63,002 nucleotides of DNA, filler included, from Globobulimina sp. (GCA_003354225.1; 37 parts of 37 records of this genome joined end to end with filler, not necessarily neighbours in it), one strand, 5' to 3'; shown: positions 35,512 through 48,289, counted from the whole stretch's first letter. Made by a program: numbers and translations. The notes: generated from the sequence alone by a model not told the origin.

Positions 35512-36042
35512 TGACTTTAATTATGTTTACTGTTAATTGTGTTTATTGTTTTAACTTAATTTGAAATTAAATGTTTTCTTTATATTTCTATTAATTTTAT
35601 TTTCTATTTTCTATTTGAAATTAAATGTTTTCTATTAATTTTAATTTATACTTTCAATTTAATTTTAAATTTATAAATGTAAGACTTTCAAATAGCACGG
35701 CGAATTTTAGTGTTTTAGTAATCTCGNNNNNNNNNNNNNNNNNNNNNNNNNNNNNNNNNNNNNNNNNNNNTTAATTAATTAANNNNNNNNNNNNNNNNNN
35801 NNNNNNNNNNNNNNNNNNNNNNNNNNGAATATTACATTCATTCGCCCATAGGCTATAAACAGGCAGTGTTTCAAAAACGAAATGTTTTGAATTCAAACTG
35901 TAATTTTAAAAACAATGTGTTTCAAACAGGTCCTATTCTAAAGTAATAAGAATAATAATTATAACAAACCCAGAACAAATTCAAGACAAAGCTATAGCAA
36001 AGTAAGCAAAAGGTTTCTTGTACAAAAAGTATAATTGAAAAA

Positions 36043-37431
36043 ATGTGGGATAAATTAATGGATACAAATATAAAAACTTTGAATTTACGTATAAAAGTTT
36101 TAACCAACCAACTCATGTCTGCCACATTATCACAAAACGATTTCTCTTTTAAATTCATTCCATATTTGCCTCAAGATGCAGGATACAAAACAGACACACA
36201 TTTATCCTCCGACTTAATGCGATCATCACATTTAACTCAACTAAATGAGACTAATGATGTGCAACGAGCAGAATTACTTGAAATTATGAATGCTGATTTG
36301 TCAAATTTATTAAAAATGCAATTTCAAGACTTCATCAACAATATCTCCCGCAATGACATTCAAAAACACATTAGTACCTTCTTGCAATTTAGTCGTCGGC
36401 CAACGGATAATCTACATTTACAATCAAACGATAACAAAGGCGGTGAAGGTGCCCTTGATATGTTTGGCATTGACGAATTATCCCAGTCTATCAGACACAA
36501 AATCTTTTTAATAATTTATCGCTTAACAGACTCAAAACAATTCTGTGCAACCCATAGCAAGGCAGAATATGCCGAGGTATTATACGAAAAATGGATCTTT
36601 GACATTCCTCGCATATTTGACTTTTGTTCCATTTATTCTTTCTCCAATGCAGTGTGCACCAAACAAGCCATCTCATTCATCTTTGAGATCCAACCAAAAT
36701 ATGACATCGACCTCAAACACGCCATACACTTAGTTACGTATTCACATATTCATCAATTACACATTGTGACTCTCATTCTGTTGACAGATGAAACAAAAAC
36801 TGGACGAAATCTGTTTGTTTTATCACTCAATGGATCCGGATTTGACACGCTCCAAAAAGAAGGGCCAAAAGGCACCGATGGCCAACACATTATTAAACAT
36901 CAAAAATGATATCAATTTGATGAAGGAAATACTGATAAATTGGTATTGTATGTTGCAAAGTTACGATGGCTGTGTTGTTATGTGCGTGGAGGAGAATATA
37001 TTGCCATTTATGGCGGTGATAATCGATTGCACTTTGCCGATAATGCAAGAACAATTGAATCAGTTTCAAAATAAAATTACGTTTAATAAGGATGCGAATC
37101 ATGCAAACAATCCGTCCCTTGTCATTGCCACGAGATTATGTTTATTAATATCTCATGCTATTATTGGCAAACAATATAAATTATTATATGATGATATGAA
37201 TGGATTGAACTTGAATAATAATATCGATTTTGAATTATTGCAGTGCCAAGCTTTGAAATTATGTGAGTTTCTCAATGAAATGACAAATATCTGCGGCTTT
37301 GAGCAGTACGTCCGGTTGCATGTGGCGGCGAGGTGTTTTATTGAAGTCGGCAGTTATTCTCGCAAATTATTTGGCACTGTCGATGATTTATGCAAATTGG
37401 TAAACTATTTACTGTCCAAAAATATCATCAG
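36043..37431 (+). CDS. ASCC2: Activating signal cointegrator 1 complex subunit 2-like, N-terminal part; intron 36733-36787
   Basis: FIPYLP, ISTFLQFSRRPTD, LYEKWIFDIPRIFDFCSIY, IFEIQPKYDIDL. Confidence 0.7.
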
Positions 37432-37531
37432 NNNNNNNNNNNNNNNNNNNNNNNNNNNNNNNNNNNNNNNNNNNNTTAATTAATTAANNNNNNNNNNNNN
37501 NNNNNNNNNNNNNNNNNNNNNNNNNNNNNNN

Positions 37532-38898
37532 GTTAGTTTCTTTATTTGTTGCAACGGCGTTATCCATCCATTAGAATACGGTGGATTGTGTTCGCTGTAA
37601 TCACCAATGTAACATTGTATATTATCGATACATGGCCCAACTAAACCAATTGTTATATTCGTATTTAATGTGAGTGGTAATATATTCCTTCTATTTTCCA
37701 ACAATACAATACTTCCAACAGCCATTTCATAGTTGCTTCCAATATGTTTATTGTACGTTTCATTCACTGTTAATTTCTCAAACACATTAATTGGCGCATC
37801 CATTAAACCCAATTTAAACCAGGCTTTTAAAACTCGTTTAACAGCTCTTTCTAAATAAAATTCAGGCAATGTTTCATTCAAAACACCATGGATCACAATT
37901 ACCATTCCAATCATTACCAGCCTCAATAAAATTTCTGGTAAATTTTTGCCTGAATAAATCTGTGGTGTTGCACCGCAATCTGAACATATAAATCCATCCC
38001 ATTTCCATTCTTCCCTTGCAATATTTTGCAATAATTCCTCATTCCCACATGCTGGGATTCCATTAATTTCGTTGTAACTGCACATAAATGATGCAACGCC
38101 TTGACAGTTGACACAAGATAAAATTTGCAAAATATAAAATACAAAAATATATACATTACCTGCATCAGCACACGATTTAAACGCTGGTTGGAAGGTTAAA
38201 TACCAATCATTATAAGCTACAATGGCATCAAATGAAGCTCTGTTTTGTGGAATGTTATCGGGTCCACTATGAACATCCAAATGTTTGCATGTTGCAGCTA
38301 TTTGATAATAATCTGTGGCATTAATATTAAATTGCATTTCATGTACAACATGTTTTACATATTCTGCAGTCAAAAATGGATCCTCACCATACGATTCTTG
38401 ACATCTTCCCCATCGCGGATCTCTGCATATATTTACATTCGGTCCCCAACACACAAGACCTTGGCCATGGCCATCATCGTATAATGGATTGTTAGCTGCT
38501 TCGTTATATCCTGCACGCACTTCATCAGAGGTTGCTCTCCCAAGATATTGGAAAAACTGTCGGTTAAATGACTGTGCCAAAGTCACAGCTTGCGGAAATT
38601 GTGTGGTTGGATGCGTATTTCGAGATGGTTGGTCTTTCCATGTTGCGCCGTGAATACAGCCTTGATTTACCTGTAATGGCGGTATTGCTAATCTTAACAC
38701 ACCGCCTTGGTTCGAATTTGTTAAATTATTTTTTTCAGCCAATGTCAACCGTGGATATAAATCATTTATTCGTTCTGGAATTGATAAGGATGGATTGCAA
38801 TATGGATACGTATTGAATGGGCTATCTTGACATGACGATAAATATTGACACAATGCAACAGTTGCCAGCAATATTACAAACCAAAAAGACTTCGACAT
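37532..38898 (-). CDS. Glycoside hydrolase family 3 beta-xylosidase-like; intron 38100-38159; 3' truncated
   Basis: TQFPQ, WGPNVNICRDPRWGRCQESYGEDP, KH, MCSYN, SDCGA nucleophile. Confidence 0.93.
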
Positions 38899-38967
38899 GA
38901 CAAAGCTGCTCAGTCTACAGTTAGTAGAAAAACGTTTTTTTTTTATATATTTATATTTAACTTTGCC

Positions 38968-39136
38968 ATGGCTTCTTCTCTATATATGAGTAGCTTTGGC
39001 ATATTGCTGATAACTGTTGCATTGTGTCAATATTCGCCGTCATGTCAAGATAGCCCATTCAATACATATCCATATTGTAATCCATCCTTATCAATTTCAG
39101 AACGAATAAATGATTTATATCCACGGTTAACATTGG
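38968..39136 (+). CDS. Second GH3 paralogue, N-terminus, head-to-head with the first
   Basis: VALCQYSPSCQDSPFNTYPYCNPSLSISERINDLYPRLTL, near-identical to the minus-strand gene. Confidence 0.8.
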
Positions 39137-39237
39137 NNNNNNNNNNNNNNNNNNNNNNNNNNNNNNNNNNNNNNNNNNNNTTAATTAATTAANNNNNNNN
39201 NNNNNNNNNNNNNNNNNNNNNNNNNNNNNNNNNNNNG

Positions 39238-39276
39238 TGACTCGGGTAGGATTCAAACCTACATCGTTGCGCATTA
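39238..39276 (-). pseudogene. tRNA 3'-half remnant (T arm and acceptor strand)
   Basis: GTAGG TTTGAAT CCTAC CCGAGTCA. No matching 5' half upstream. Confidence 0.5.
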
Positions 39277-40153
39277 TTGCTAGCATTGATTTTATTTTTA
39301 AAATCGTGATTATGTTAACAAATTCCGCTATGGTTTAAAGAGCGTTGAAGAAGCATTTTGTTGGTTGGTAACCACCATAGTAAAGAAAGCAAGCTTTCTG
39401 AGGCGACCGTAATCGCAGACGCAATCTCTATCAGATTGAGATACCGAGTCATTGTCTTGTTGTTGTTGTTTTTATTGCTGATTATAATCATATATTTAAT
39501 GATGTTTTTTAAACAGTTACAAATTTATGGGATTGGTTTAATACCTTCAAAATGTAAAAGAATTTGTGCTGATGTCGGTGAATAAGGTAATAATAATACA
39601 AACAGTTCAATTCAAATATAAACATAATTAAAAAGATGTTATTGTTTATGTTATTTCATCTTCTATTGGTGGTGAACGCGTCTTCCTCAGCTGTGTAAAA
39701 TTTAAATTTATTACAAATCTTTTTTTATTGTATAGAATAAATTAACTTTTATCTTTACAGATATTATTTAGTTCTGTAATTTTTAATACTTATTTCTCAA
39801 ACATTCAATTGTAAGTAACTGCTCCCATAAACTTACAGATCAATTTCAACAGCATATAAATGCGATAATCTGTGCTATTACATGTTTCTTTAATTGTTCA
39901 TGGTCATTCTTTGTGATTTCCACGTAATATAGATTATCGATCACCACAAGCTCACAACACAAGAAAGCGTTGTTGGACAGAAAAAAGGTACTTAATCAAT
40001 CTAAACCAGCTGGTTTGTGATGCGGAGTGTATAGCAATTGCGATGCGGAGAAACGATTAATTAAATTATACACAAACATACCAATAACATTACAATGGAT
40101 TTTATAATTTTAATTGCAGCAAAATAGATTGTAATTATTATTATATATATTTA

Positions 40154-40841
40154 TTATATCGATCCATATTTCCTACGGAAATAACAATCGACCATTACAA
40201 CAGTAAATACAAATACAATAAATGCAGACAATAAATGAATATATATCATAGAATTTGCTGTCATCATTTTAACAGCATTTCCATCGACAAAATACACCAT
40301 ATCCTCTACTAACACCTCATCATTATCCGTCTGAATAATATTTGGACAATTATCTGATAGCGAATTGTTAATATTATTCTCGCAAAATAGAGGTAATACA
40401 TTGCATTTTGCTCCATTCAAACAAACAAATGACAATCCATAACATCCAGTTCCTTTACAATTAATAGTACATTGTGAATGTTTTCTGCATATAACTTTGG
40501 CCCCAAATCCACTCATTTCACCAAATGAATTCACATCCATTGTATTAATACCTTTACTATCGATCACAGCTTCACTGATTGAATAATAACCAAACCCATT
40601 GATTATATTTGAAGATATAACACATTTATGAGCAGCATACATTCCGTGCGAATTCAGTATCTTTCCAGTTATCTTTGATTGAGAACATCCACCATTACCA
40701 GTGCAATATATATTATTTGTGGCAAACAATTTTGATTTTGCACAGGATTTCCCACCATCGCAATAAATACTATCTCCTGAATTAATAACACTTTGATAAC
40801 AAGCAGCAGAACCATCGCATATTGTATTTTTATTGCTTTTC
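40154..40841 (-). CDS. Cys/Gly-rich repeat surface protein with C-terminal TM, 5' truncated
   Basis: Repeated CxGxxxC units, a hydrophobic C-terminal helix and a basic tail. Confidence 0.7.
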
Positions 40842-41419
40842 NNNNNNNNNNNNNNNNNNNNNNNNNNNNNNNNNNNNNNNNNNNNTTAATTAATTAANNN
40901 NNNNNNNNNNNNNNNNNNNNNNNNNNNNNNNNNNNNNNNNNTTAAACAAAATAATGATAGAAATTATTATACATAATGCCATCGCAATTGCTAACCAATA
41001 AAAATTGACCACGAATTTCATCTTTGTCGTTGGTTTGTAAAGTGTTTTTAACAAAGAGAACTGAAGTATGATGATTTCAAAAAAATGTTTTGGTTAAAGT
41101 GAAAACTTTACTCTCTATATCTATCTGAGTCTGGAATCGGATCTCAGACCAGATATAGATTGAATTTTGCCTCACTACGATCTGTTGCAACTTGCAAGCG
41201 ATGATTAATATTTATTGAACCAATTCTGGTGTTTTACATAGTGTACGAATGTGCGATATTCACTGTTTTAAACATTCATTAATGATAAGTTGCGTAACAA
41301 CGTAATTGTCGAAGGGGGGTACACCAACAATAAACGCTGCATGAACTTAATAACAAAACAAACCTAAATTAAAAACAAATTCCACAAACAAAACAGCAAA
41401 AAAAAAAGAAAACACAATG

Positions 41420-42184
41420 TTAAATGTTTATAATAATTCCATCATGGGCCCCGACAATATGTGCGTGTAAATCCATTAGATTTTTAAATATCCGATCACA
41501 TAAAACACATTGTTCATTATCGTGCCTTTGTACATGTTTATTATGTGCAGATCGATCAGAAAACGCTTTCAAACAAATGTGGCATTGATAGGGTTTTTCA
41601 CCAAAATGAATTCTTTGGTGTATACGTAGCCGCGTATTATCAGCATACCATTTACAACAAATCGGACATTGTTTTTTGCCATGATTTATATCCGTATATT
41701 TATTATGCATATTATTCAAATGTTTGTATAAATATTTCCTTTTTGCAAATATTTTACCACAAAATTTGCATTTAAAAACCAACGGTATGTCACGGTGTGT
41801 ATTCTCATGCTTTTGCAGCAGTTTTATGCTTGAAAATTGTGCCTTGCATGTAATGCATTTGAATTTATACCAATGATAATCGCGGATGTGCCGATATAAT
41901 TGCTTGCGACTCGCAAATTGCAACAAACATTTGCGACAATGTTCGTGTTTGTTGTTTTTATTATGGTTGTTATGGATGTTGTTGTCATGTATTGTGATGT
42001 TAGTGGTTGATGTTATGGATAATAATGAGGAGGAGGATGATGATGTAATTGATTCGGAATCAAATTGTGATGGATCGCCCCTAAGGGACTGTTTTGAGCA
42101 CATTTGTGATGTGCATGGTTTATAACTATGCGATGTGTTGATGTGTTGCGAATGTGCGTGGTGTAAAAATGGATGGCTTGCCAT
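41420..42184 (-). CDS. C2H2 zinc-finger protein (6 fingers)
   Basis: CxxC...HxxxH repeats with an HFGEKPYQC linker. Confidence 0.93.
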   Translation of the reverse strand: MASHPFLHHAHSQHINTSHSYKPCTSQMCSKQSLRGDPSQFDSESITSSSSSSLLSITSTTNITIHDNNIHNNHNKNNKHEHCRKCLLQFASRKQLYRHIRDYHWYKFKCITCKAQFSSIKLLQKHENTHRDIPLVFKCKFCGKIFAKRKYLYKHLNNMHNKYTDINHGKKQCPICCKWYADNTRLRIHQRIHFGEKPYQCHICLKAFSDRSAHNKHVQRHDNEQCVLCDRIFKNLMDLHAHIVGAHDGIIINI

Positions 42185-43393
42185 TGCGAATGATGCGGGA
42201 TTGCCATGTGAAATGCGATTATTGTTTGGTGTGTTTGATGCTGAATTGGTTGCTTGTTTATGTTTATGTTTGTAGGGTTGAGTGTAGGTTTGGTTTTGTA
42301 TTAATTCATTAAATGAATTACATTGTATGTTTGCATTTTGGGTGTAGGAGGTACCCGCATTTCTGGTGGTTGGCTTGCACTTTAAAGTTGCATGATGGGT
42401 TTAGTGGAAGATACGAAAAATGTAAAGTGAAGAAGAGGTTTTCTATTTTTAGCACTTGTTTTTGCGTCATATTTTTTCGTATAAATTCATAGAATTATTG
42501 TGATTATTTGTGATTATTATGAAAAGTTCATAATTGATCGACCATANNNNNNNNNNNNNNNNNNNNNNNNNNNNNNNNNNNNNNNNNNNNTTAATTAATT
42601 AANNNNNNNNNNNNNNNNNNNNNNNNNNNNNNNNNNNNNNNNNNNNGATGTAGTGAGTTTATGGAACAGTTTTTAGAAGTGCGGAAACGCAAAGCGGATA
42701 ATATATACAGCTCCGCAAAATGATTTTTCGAGTTAGCTTTAATAAAATAATTAAATAAAACAATCGCAAACAAAAAACAAACACTCTTGCTTTACTCTTT
42801 CTGTTGGCGTTGGCGTGGTTGTGTTTGTAGCAGTTGCTTTTCATCATTCTCTGTCTTCTGCTGCTGCTATGACTACGCTGTGACTACGCCTGCTTCTGTC
42901 CCTTTTGTGTGTGTTTGTTGTTGGTGAGACAGTTTCGCTTTTGTTCTTTGTCCTTTTGCCGTTGGTGACACAGTTCCTTTTGCGTTGGTAAGTATAACAT
43001 TGTGTTGAATCGTGGTGTTAGCACCAAATTGCGGAACCGATGTTGCCACCATGGATTTATTTTTTTTGCCCCACACTGCTGTTTCACAAGTAAGAAAACT
43101 CCACAATTCTGTTCCACAAAAAATGAGCCTTAAATTGAGTGGATTGGATTGAATTGAATTGGTTGGATTGAGAGGATAGATTGGATAAAAAAAATAGAAT
43201 TGGATGATAAAAATGCAAATGCCATACAATATGGCTCTCCGATAAGTACTGATTTTTTTTGCTGTTTGAAAAGGTTTTTTTGTTTTTTACTGATCTTATC
43301 AAACACCTCACCAATCGTCGCTATGCCGGTGTCTCATATCGTAATATATTAAAAAAAATAACTCGGTTCATAGACCAAAGCGAAATTTCAAAG

Positions 43394-43469
43394 TATCGCT
43401 TAGCTCAAGAAGAGCACTGGAATGAATGTATATATCCAGTAGATTCAGGTTCAAATCCTGAGGCGATCC
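43394..43469 (+). tRNA. tRNA-like cloverleaf, probably a tRNA-Phe(GAA)-derived pseudogene
   Basis: TATCGCT/GGCGATC acceptor, GCTC/GAGC D stem, CTGGA/TCCAG anticodon stem, TCAGG-TTCAAAT-CCTGA T arm. D loop lacks GG; anticodon loop is 13 nt. Confidence 0.6.
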
Positions 43470-43509
43470 CAATTAAAGGCAAACGAAAAGATAAATGGAA
43501 AAATGTATT

Positions 43510-44251
43510 TGGTGGTAATAAGTATGCAATCATTGTAATAAGCAACCACCAAATACAAACAAAGAAAGAATATGATTTGGATTGGATTCATTGGATTGGA
43601 ATTAATATGATTAATTAAATTAAATTAAATATTAATTAGAAATTTAAAATAGAATAGATTGGATTGAATAAGATAAATGGATTAGATTGAATTGGATGGG
43701 GAATTGTATGACCATCACCACCCTCACAAACAACAGAAATGACAAACATATTTTAATTTTTGTTTTTGTTGTTGATCTGACAATTGACTGTCAGATCTTA
43801 TCCTTGCACAAACACAATATCTTTAATTGATTTCTTAGTGTTTTGAAGAAAAAAAAAACACAATATCCTTTTCTTTTTATATCAGTTAAATAAAAATGTG
43901 CTGTTGTATCAATAATCAATAATCAATTAAAATATGTTTGTCATTTCTGTTGTTTGTGAGGGTGGTGATGGTCATACAATTCACCATCATCAAACATTTA
44001 ATTTTCATCAAATCCATCCAAATCTATTTTTTCTTTATTCTCTCCTCTCAAATCTCAATATATCCAATTCAATCCAATTCAATCTAATCCATTTATCTTA
44101 TTCAATCCAATCTATTCTATTCTAAATTTCTAATTAATATTTAATTTAATTTAATTTAATCATATTAATTCCAATCCAATCCAAATCATATTCTTTCTTT
44201 GTTTGTATTTGGTGGTTGCTTATTACAATGATTGCATACTTATTACCACCA
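43510..44251. repeat. Long imperfect inverted repeat (arms about 43510-43758 and 43925-44251) with GGATT/GAATT microrepeats and internal hairpins
   Basis: Arms are reverse complements apart from indels, including an ~85-bp extra block in the right arm. Confidence 0.9.
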
Positions 44252-44351
44252 NNNNNNNNNNNNNNNNNNNNNNNNNNNNNNNNNNNNNNNNNNNNTTAAT
44301 TAATTAANNNNNNNNNNNNNNNNNNNNNNNNNNNNNNNNNNNNNNNNNNNN

Positions 44352-44451
44352 GTGACTATTTCAATACAGAAACGGAAAATTGTGACTATTTAGGCAACTA
44401 TTTAGGAAACATATGCAACTATTTAGGTGACTATTTAACTTGTGTAGGCTC
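44352..44451. mobile_element. MITE family B, copy 2 (truncated by contig start)
   Basis: Ends taacttgtgtaggctc; its reverse complement matches 10590 onward, including the subrepeats. Confidence 0.8.
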
Positions 44452-44687
44452 CATGAAAATGTTTAAAAAAACTCAGATTTATGGATTTGATAAAGATGTT
44501 ACAAATGTAACGTCACGAAATATTGAATTGGTTTCTGTAACAAATGTTGTGCATGAACATCACCATATGTTACTAACATCATCAATTTACTAAATTATGA
44601 TAATATTAATCTACTTAAATAATAAATTAGGGGACTGTTTTGTCAGCAAGTGCATTAAAAGTAAGTCAGATGTATTAAAATTTAGAG

Positions 44688-45578
44688 CTAGAGCCAAGCT
44701 GCAATATCTTTGTTAAATGCATCCGCTTGTTCAAGCATCACCCAATGTTCTGCATTCTTATATTGTTTATACACACAATCTTCCCGTTCCATCAATACTT
44801 TTTTCCATTTTTTTGTGTGCCATGGCTGTAAAATCCAGTTTCCCGCAGCAAAAAATGTTGGACAATTTGGGACAGTCGTTCTCAACACCTCCGGTTTACA
44901 CACTTTAAGATAATATAAATATAAATACAAATAATTCATCCCAACATGTATTGTTTTTTTGCCACTACGTTTCTCTTCCTCCGCTGCTGGAACCTCAACA
45001 TATTTGGTAAAGCCTCTCATCAACCAATCGCCAAAAAAAGTGGGTAATAAGAAACAAAATACATTAAACAATTGATAGGCCACCATCGCAATAAATGCTA
45101 CGTTTTCATTTGGTACCGCATCACCAACATCAATGATAACTGCTTTACTCACCAAATGTCCATCATGTTTCATAATTAATTGTCCAATGATGCTGCCCCA
45201 ATCATGCACCATCAAAATAACTCCTTCTTTTTGCCATTTTGGATATTTGCTTTGCAAAATATGTTCAATTTGATTTGCAATCGCTTTGGAAACATTTTGT
45301 GGTGGATAGCCCCACGGATTTTGAATATTATGTTTATCATAATTGGGCAGTCTGATATTTATGCATAAATGTTGACGTTGGAAATATTCAATTTGTTTTT
45401 TCCACATTGAACTCGTGTCTGGCCAGCCATGAATAAAAACAATTGGTTTTCCTTTGGCATTGCCGGTGATGGAATAACCAATGACTGGGAGTGCTGGATA
45501 CCGCAGTTTATGGATAAAAAATGATGCAAGTAATCCAAATATGATTGCTGCGATACACAAAAGAATAAATGTAAGCAT
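44688..45578 (-). CDS. Epoxide hydrolase-like alpha/beta hydrolase with N-terminal TM
   Basis: FIHGWPD, VHDWGS nucleophile, AEHWVMLEQ. Confidence 0.9.
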   Translation of the reverse strand: MLTFILLCIAAIIFGLLASFFIHKLRYPALPVIGYSITGNAKGKPIVFIHGWPDTSSMWKKQIEYFQRQHLCINIRLPNYDKHNIQNPWGYPPQNVSKAIANQIEHILQSKYPKWQKEGVILMVHDWGSIIGQLIMKHDGHLVSKAVIIDVGDAVPNENVAFIAMVAYQLFNVFCFLLPTFFGDWLMRGFTKYVEVPAAEEEKRSGKKTIHVGMNYLYLYLYYLKVCKPEVLRTTVPNCPTFFAAGNWILQPWHTKKWKKVLMEREDCVYKQYKNAEHWVMLEQADAFNKDIAAWL

Positions 45579-46056
45579 TTAAACTAAGGGTTTTTGGAGT
45601 GTGGCAGTTTTTGTAGTAATAAAAAAATGATTAAATGATGGCGATGTGTCACAATTTTAGCGAATTAATTGTATAAAACATGCTAAATTTATAACACTAG
45701 TACTCATAATTCGCATGTGTTTCAGCTGCATGTATTTGATAAATGTGTTTCAGATTAAAAGATCTACAGAATCTACTAATAATACTGAAAAATACTGTCA
45801 ATCCACAGTCAGAGTTTACCATATATTGCATATAACTGCTAAGTCTGTGACAGTATCATAAAATTGTATATTATCAATGTCGTATATATTTTCTCTGCGA
45901 CCAACACATCATTTACGTATGTAACCGATTCAATTGATCATGTTCTACAGATCTATNNNNNNNNNNNNNNNNNNNNNNNNNNNNNNNNNNNNNNNNNNNN
46001 TTAATTAATTAANNNNNNNNNNNNNNNNNNNNNNNNNNNNNNNNNNNNNNNNNNNN

Positions 46057-47298
46057 TATATCATCTTCTTTTGTATCACTTGATATTGATAATAAATCAG
46101 TCGATTCGGTGCTATCTGGCCATTCCATTCCATCCAATGAATCAATTCTATCATTATTTGTCACTGTGGCTGTTGATAAAGAATGTCCTTCAATGTCAAT
46201 GTCAGTTATTTCAATATCAAATGTTTGCGATGACGGCAATGAGATTGTTTGCATTGTATCATGCGGATTTATTTTTGATTGCATTTTTTCTGACACGACA
46301 GGCACACTGCCGCTATTAAATGCTAATATACATACTCCGACCACTGTCGTTAATATGGCTACGGAAAACATTAAACCATTTAATATTGACATATTATAAA
46401 ATTCTTGAAAATATAAACCCCCTAAAACTGTACCCATCAGAATCAATACAACCTGATTTATAGGCACCACATAAACTGCATGAAAATGTGACAGACCTCT
46501 TTGACGAAAGAATTCCAGCAATATGTTACTAATCAGCACACAGAGTAATGTAAAATAAGAGTACCAATTCCCATATTCAGCTTCGACATTAGCAATGAAG
46601 GCAGTGAACGATTTTATAAATAAAAATGATAACGCACCAAAATAGCCAACGAAAAAACAATAAGATATTAATAAAAATGAGGATTCATGCTTTAATTCTT
46701 GCACATTTTTTCTTTCATAAATTTGAACCATTACATAAATAATGACAATCCATACTGAAAATATTACAAAAAATAAAAAGAAATCAGCGTCAGCCCATCT
46801 TACTTTCAACTCATCCATGGTCCATTCGGAGTTAGTTTGTGGACCAAATATCACCGCTAACACAGAGCCAATAACAACTGTAAAAATACCAAATATGTCT
46901 CCTTTAGAAAACGGTTCATCTAAAACTTTGGTAGCAAGCACACTGTTTATTATTTTGATGGTTGCAAAGACAGTGATTTATGCATTATATGACAGAGTGA
47001 CATACGTGTTTGCAACTAAAGTGATAGCAGAAAGAGGCAAAACTAACGATTGTGGAGCATAAAAAAGGGAAACTGCATTTAATCCGCCACCAATTAAATA
47101 TATAGCAAATCCAATAAGCCATATTTTTGAATTTATTAAACGTTTTTTTGCATTCTCTTTTTTATCTTTGTTGTAATTATTCAGTCCATTATGACCTTTC
47201 TTTTGAATGATATAACCGATTGCATTAAATATTGATGCTGCAATAGCAAGTGTTGCACCTATCGTATTGTATGTCGTTGCACCCGACATCAGTGACAT
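46057..47298 (-). CDS. NIPA-family magnesium transporter; intron 46943-47005
   Basis: GYIIQKKGH, WLIGFAIY, FYAPQSLVLPLSAITLVAN, VVPINQV, GGLYFQEF. Confidence 0.9.
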
Positions 47299-47761
47299 GA
47301 CTCGAACAAAGATTATCTATGGGAATATCTGGTATACAGTGGGGTAAATAATTAGTGAGTAAATCTAATGGTTAAAATGAAGTATAATGTAAATAAACCC
47401 TCACATAAGCACTAAAACATAGACACAAAAACAACCAAACAAAAGCATGTGAAAATGCACAACAAATATAGTCAGATGAAATATCAATAAAAAACAAAAC
47501 AAGTCAATAAATATCATAGAATTGAAGCTCTTCTTTTTTTGAGTGTATCTTTTATCTTTTTTTTATCTCTCAAATCGAAATATTTATTATAAATATCTGG
47601 CCGATATTTTTTAATTTCTTTCCATCCATCACTGGCAATTGATTCTCGTGCCAATAATTGTNNNNNNNNNNNNNNNNNNNNNNNNNNNNNNNNNNNNNNN
47701 NNNNNTTAATTAATTAANNNNNNNNNNNNNNNNNNNNNNNNNNNNNNNNNNNNNNNNNNNN

Positions 47762-48156
47762 GGTGGTCGTTCACGTCGTTCCAAAACGTCCCTTTGTGTG
47801 GCAATTTCACGTAGAAAAAATCGCAGCTGTCGCAGACGATCAGACACTTCCTCTACTTCATCAACCTCTGCTTCTAGTAATGCATTAAGTTCCTTTGATC
47901 CTGCTTCATAATCATGTGTAACACAATACTGACTCATATTATCATTTGCAGTTTGTAGTTTAGTCAGTTTCTCAGTCAGTTTCTCAACTTTATTGTCTAC
48001 TATTTGATCGATATCAGCCAGTTGTTCAACAGTATAACCGCGATATCGATTTCTATGCATTAAAATGTCTGGAATGCCATCTAGTGCTTTTGTGAGTTCC
48101 TTTTTGGCGCGTGTTCGTACTCCTTTAAATGTACCAATTGCAGCTGCAGTTGCCAT
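47762..48156 (-). mobile_element. Possible LTR retrotransposon (BEL/Pao-like) gag N-terminus
   Basis: Intronless helical N-terminus (KGVRTRAKKELTK...) preceded by a long repetitive leader. No diagnostic domain lies within the contig. Confidence 0.4.
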
Positions 48157-48289
48157 TATTTAAAATTGAATTATTATACAAATAAACAATAAATAAATCT
48201 AAATCACTATCAAAAGGTACCGTACTTTTCTATAAAATCGTAAATCACTATATTTTGCACCTTTTTACTTCCTTCAAAATGGCATATAT

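Noticed and set aside
18401-39276. Trans-spliced split tRNA formed from the 5' half at 18401 and the 3' half at 39238
   Set aside because: The acceptor strands (TGTCACG and CCGAGTC) are not complementary.
43135-43700. Telomeric repeat (GGATT/GAATT runs)
   Set aside because: The runs are degenerate, internal and part of a larger inverted repeat rather than a terminal array.
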